Assembly: GCA_003971905.1 (NCBI GenBank)
Contig: RSEE01000082.1
Span: 1 to 64,000 of the forward strand
Source of the DNA: Moniliella sp. 'wahieum'
Taxonomy: Eukaryota
Direction: 5' to 3'
DNA: 64,000 nt
In this document: positions 62,578 through 64,000 of the stretch, in pieces
Position numbering within the stretch: the stretch's first letter is position 1
Layout of the letters: each line of letters starts with the position of its first letter
Notes under the pieces: generated by a model
The model's input: only the letters and a program-made list of their open reading frames with translations
What the model was told of the DNA's origin: nothing
Database searches by the model: none
Program-made: the position numbers and the translations under genes

Positions 62578-62682
62578 AGGAGTAGGTCGGACTTGAACCA
62601 ACGACTTCAAGATGATGCACCTGCCCACACAGGCGTGGGGCACAATTGCAATCTCACACGCTAACCGCTGCGTCACTACTCC
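62578..62682 (-). tRNA. tRNA-Cys(GCA) with a 32-nt intron (62614-62645)
   Basis: Acceptor stem GGAGTAG/CTACTCC with U73 discriminator; D-arm ACGC AGCGGTTA GCGT; anticodon GCA at 62649-62647; T-loop GGTTCAAGTCC; downstream oligo-T Pol III terminator. Confidence 0.95.
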
Positions 62683-63340
62683 GCGTGATCCTGCCTCTGG
62701 TCTGGGGCAAATAGACGAAAAAAGCAAAACCACCGTCTGTGGCTACTAGCTACCGTGACCCACATTGGCATGCCTCTGTCTACCCGGTCTAGCCTCGACC
62801 CTCGACCCCAGCTCCCTCATCAGAAACCCTGCACGTATCTCTTTCGCCCTCCAGGAGTGGCACGTACGCCGACCCAGGTGTGGCTAGTCTCCTCCCCCCT
62901 CCACCGACCCCGTCGTACCCAACCACCGCCCCTGCTTCCCATCCAAGCAATACCATCACGGACAAGAATAAGAACAAAACCAGAACGAGAACAAGAACAC
63001 AAACATGACGTGAACGTGAAGCAGGCAGGACGAAGAACACATGCGCTTGTTTGTATACGTCGTGGCACGTCATGGGCGGGACGTGCACAGGTTCCGCACA
63101 GAGCACACACAGCGAACGCACAAGGTAAGAACAGATGGAAGGAGGGAGTGCAGTGTAGGTTGCTAAAGTAGCTTGAGCCCAAGGTTACCCAGCTTGGACC
63201 CGGTCGGACCCCGTCCGACCTCAACGCGAAAGGCAGAACAGGATAGAACAAAACAGAACAGAAGAGAGCGTGTGGTCCCTCGTCCTAGGTTGGCTGGGGA
63301 GAGGCTGCCGCGGGCGTAGACGTGGGTGTGGGTGTGGGTG

Positions 63341-64000
63341 TTACCGTTCAAACGGGGTTTTCCACTGCGCGGTCGGAAACGTGGCTTCCAACCAGCGCGT
63401 AAACGTAGCGACGATCGCATGGGATTTCACGTGGTCGCCAATATCGTCGTTGACAGCCAACATGGCGAGCGAGGTATGGTCCACCTCTTCTTCTTCTCCA
63501 CTTGGTTTCCTTTTCCGTTTGCGTTTGCGTTTGCGTTTGCGTTTGCGTTTGCGTTTGCGTTTGCGTTTGTGTTTGCGTTTGGTGGCCACCGATGGGTGGG
63601 AGCATGGGCGAGTACTTCCTGCAACATGGTCCGGGTCTGACTTACGCCTCCGGCGCCCAAACGTGTGAATCGTGCCGGGGTAGCCGCGACGGTATACGCA
63701 TACCGTTGCAAAGCCTTGCTACCAGTACTTGGGCCGAGCGCGGCCCCAGCCCAAGTGCTGCGTCACAGCTGCCACACTAAAGTTGCACCCTCGTACGCCA
63801 TTTTCGTTTGCATTTGCGTCCCACGTCCGGCCGAGGGGGAGGTAAGGCTCCGGTACTGCGTCGGCGCGCCAAGGACCCGGTAAGCGTACGTGGGCAGGGG
63901 GGAGGAGGCGCGTAAGCCGTGTGCGCCCGAGCGCTGACGAGGTGAACCAAGAGACAGTCGCCGCAGTGAGGAGCGGCAAAGGCAAGTGAGTAAACAAGTC
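63341..64000 (-). CDS. Probable 3' part of an unidentified gene running off the window, containing a (GCGTTT)n hexamer repeat at ~63517-63580
   Basis: Protein-like segments over several frames (..PEPYLPLGRTWD.., (NA)n, ..DDIGDHVKSHAIVATFTRWLEATFP..*); no family recognised. Confidence 0.35.

Overview
This window is the left end of a GC-rich fungal chromosome, most likely a basidiomycete of the smut/Ustilaginomycotina type (inferred from GTRYGT..CTRAC..YAG introns and the gene content). It opens with (CCCTAA)n telomere repeats. A ~16.5 kb subtelomeric mosaic follows, containing ~140-bp repeats with internal CCCTAACCCTA seeds, a ~120-bp module, G-rich dispersed repeats, a ~175-190-bp satellite, a 5'-truncated ORF and a truncated relic of a telomere-linked-helicase-type gene. 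From ~18 kb inward lie ordinary genes: an Rds1/ferritin-like secreted protein, NmrA-like reductase, SH3-RasGEF (Cdc25-like), Gfo/Idh/MocA dehydrogenase, seryl-tRNA synthetase, Atg12, synaptobrevin, Ssu1/Mae1-type transporter, Ran1/Pat1-like kinase, AMID-like oxidoreductase, class I heme peroxidase, a divergent SNAP-like protein, Msb2-like mucin and an intron-containing tRNA-Cys. Almost every gene is broken by small indels, most likely long-read consensus error, so many boundaries are approximate. Two unexplained signals stand out. (1) The subtelomere is built from same-polarity modules that end in (AC)ATA(C/T)GTCTAGG, and these ends coincide with gene truncation points and the telomere junction. 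(2) A pervasive intergenic 7-bp-period repeat grammar consists of an A....T palindromic hexamer plus one base. All family assignments are from motif recognition by eye; no searches were run.
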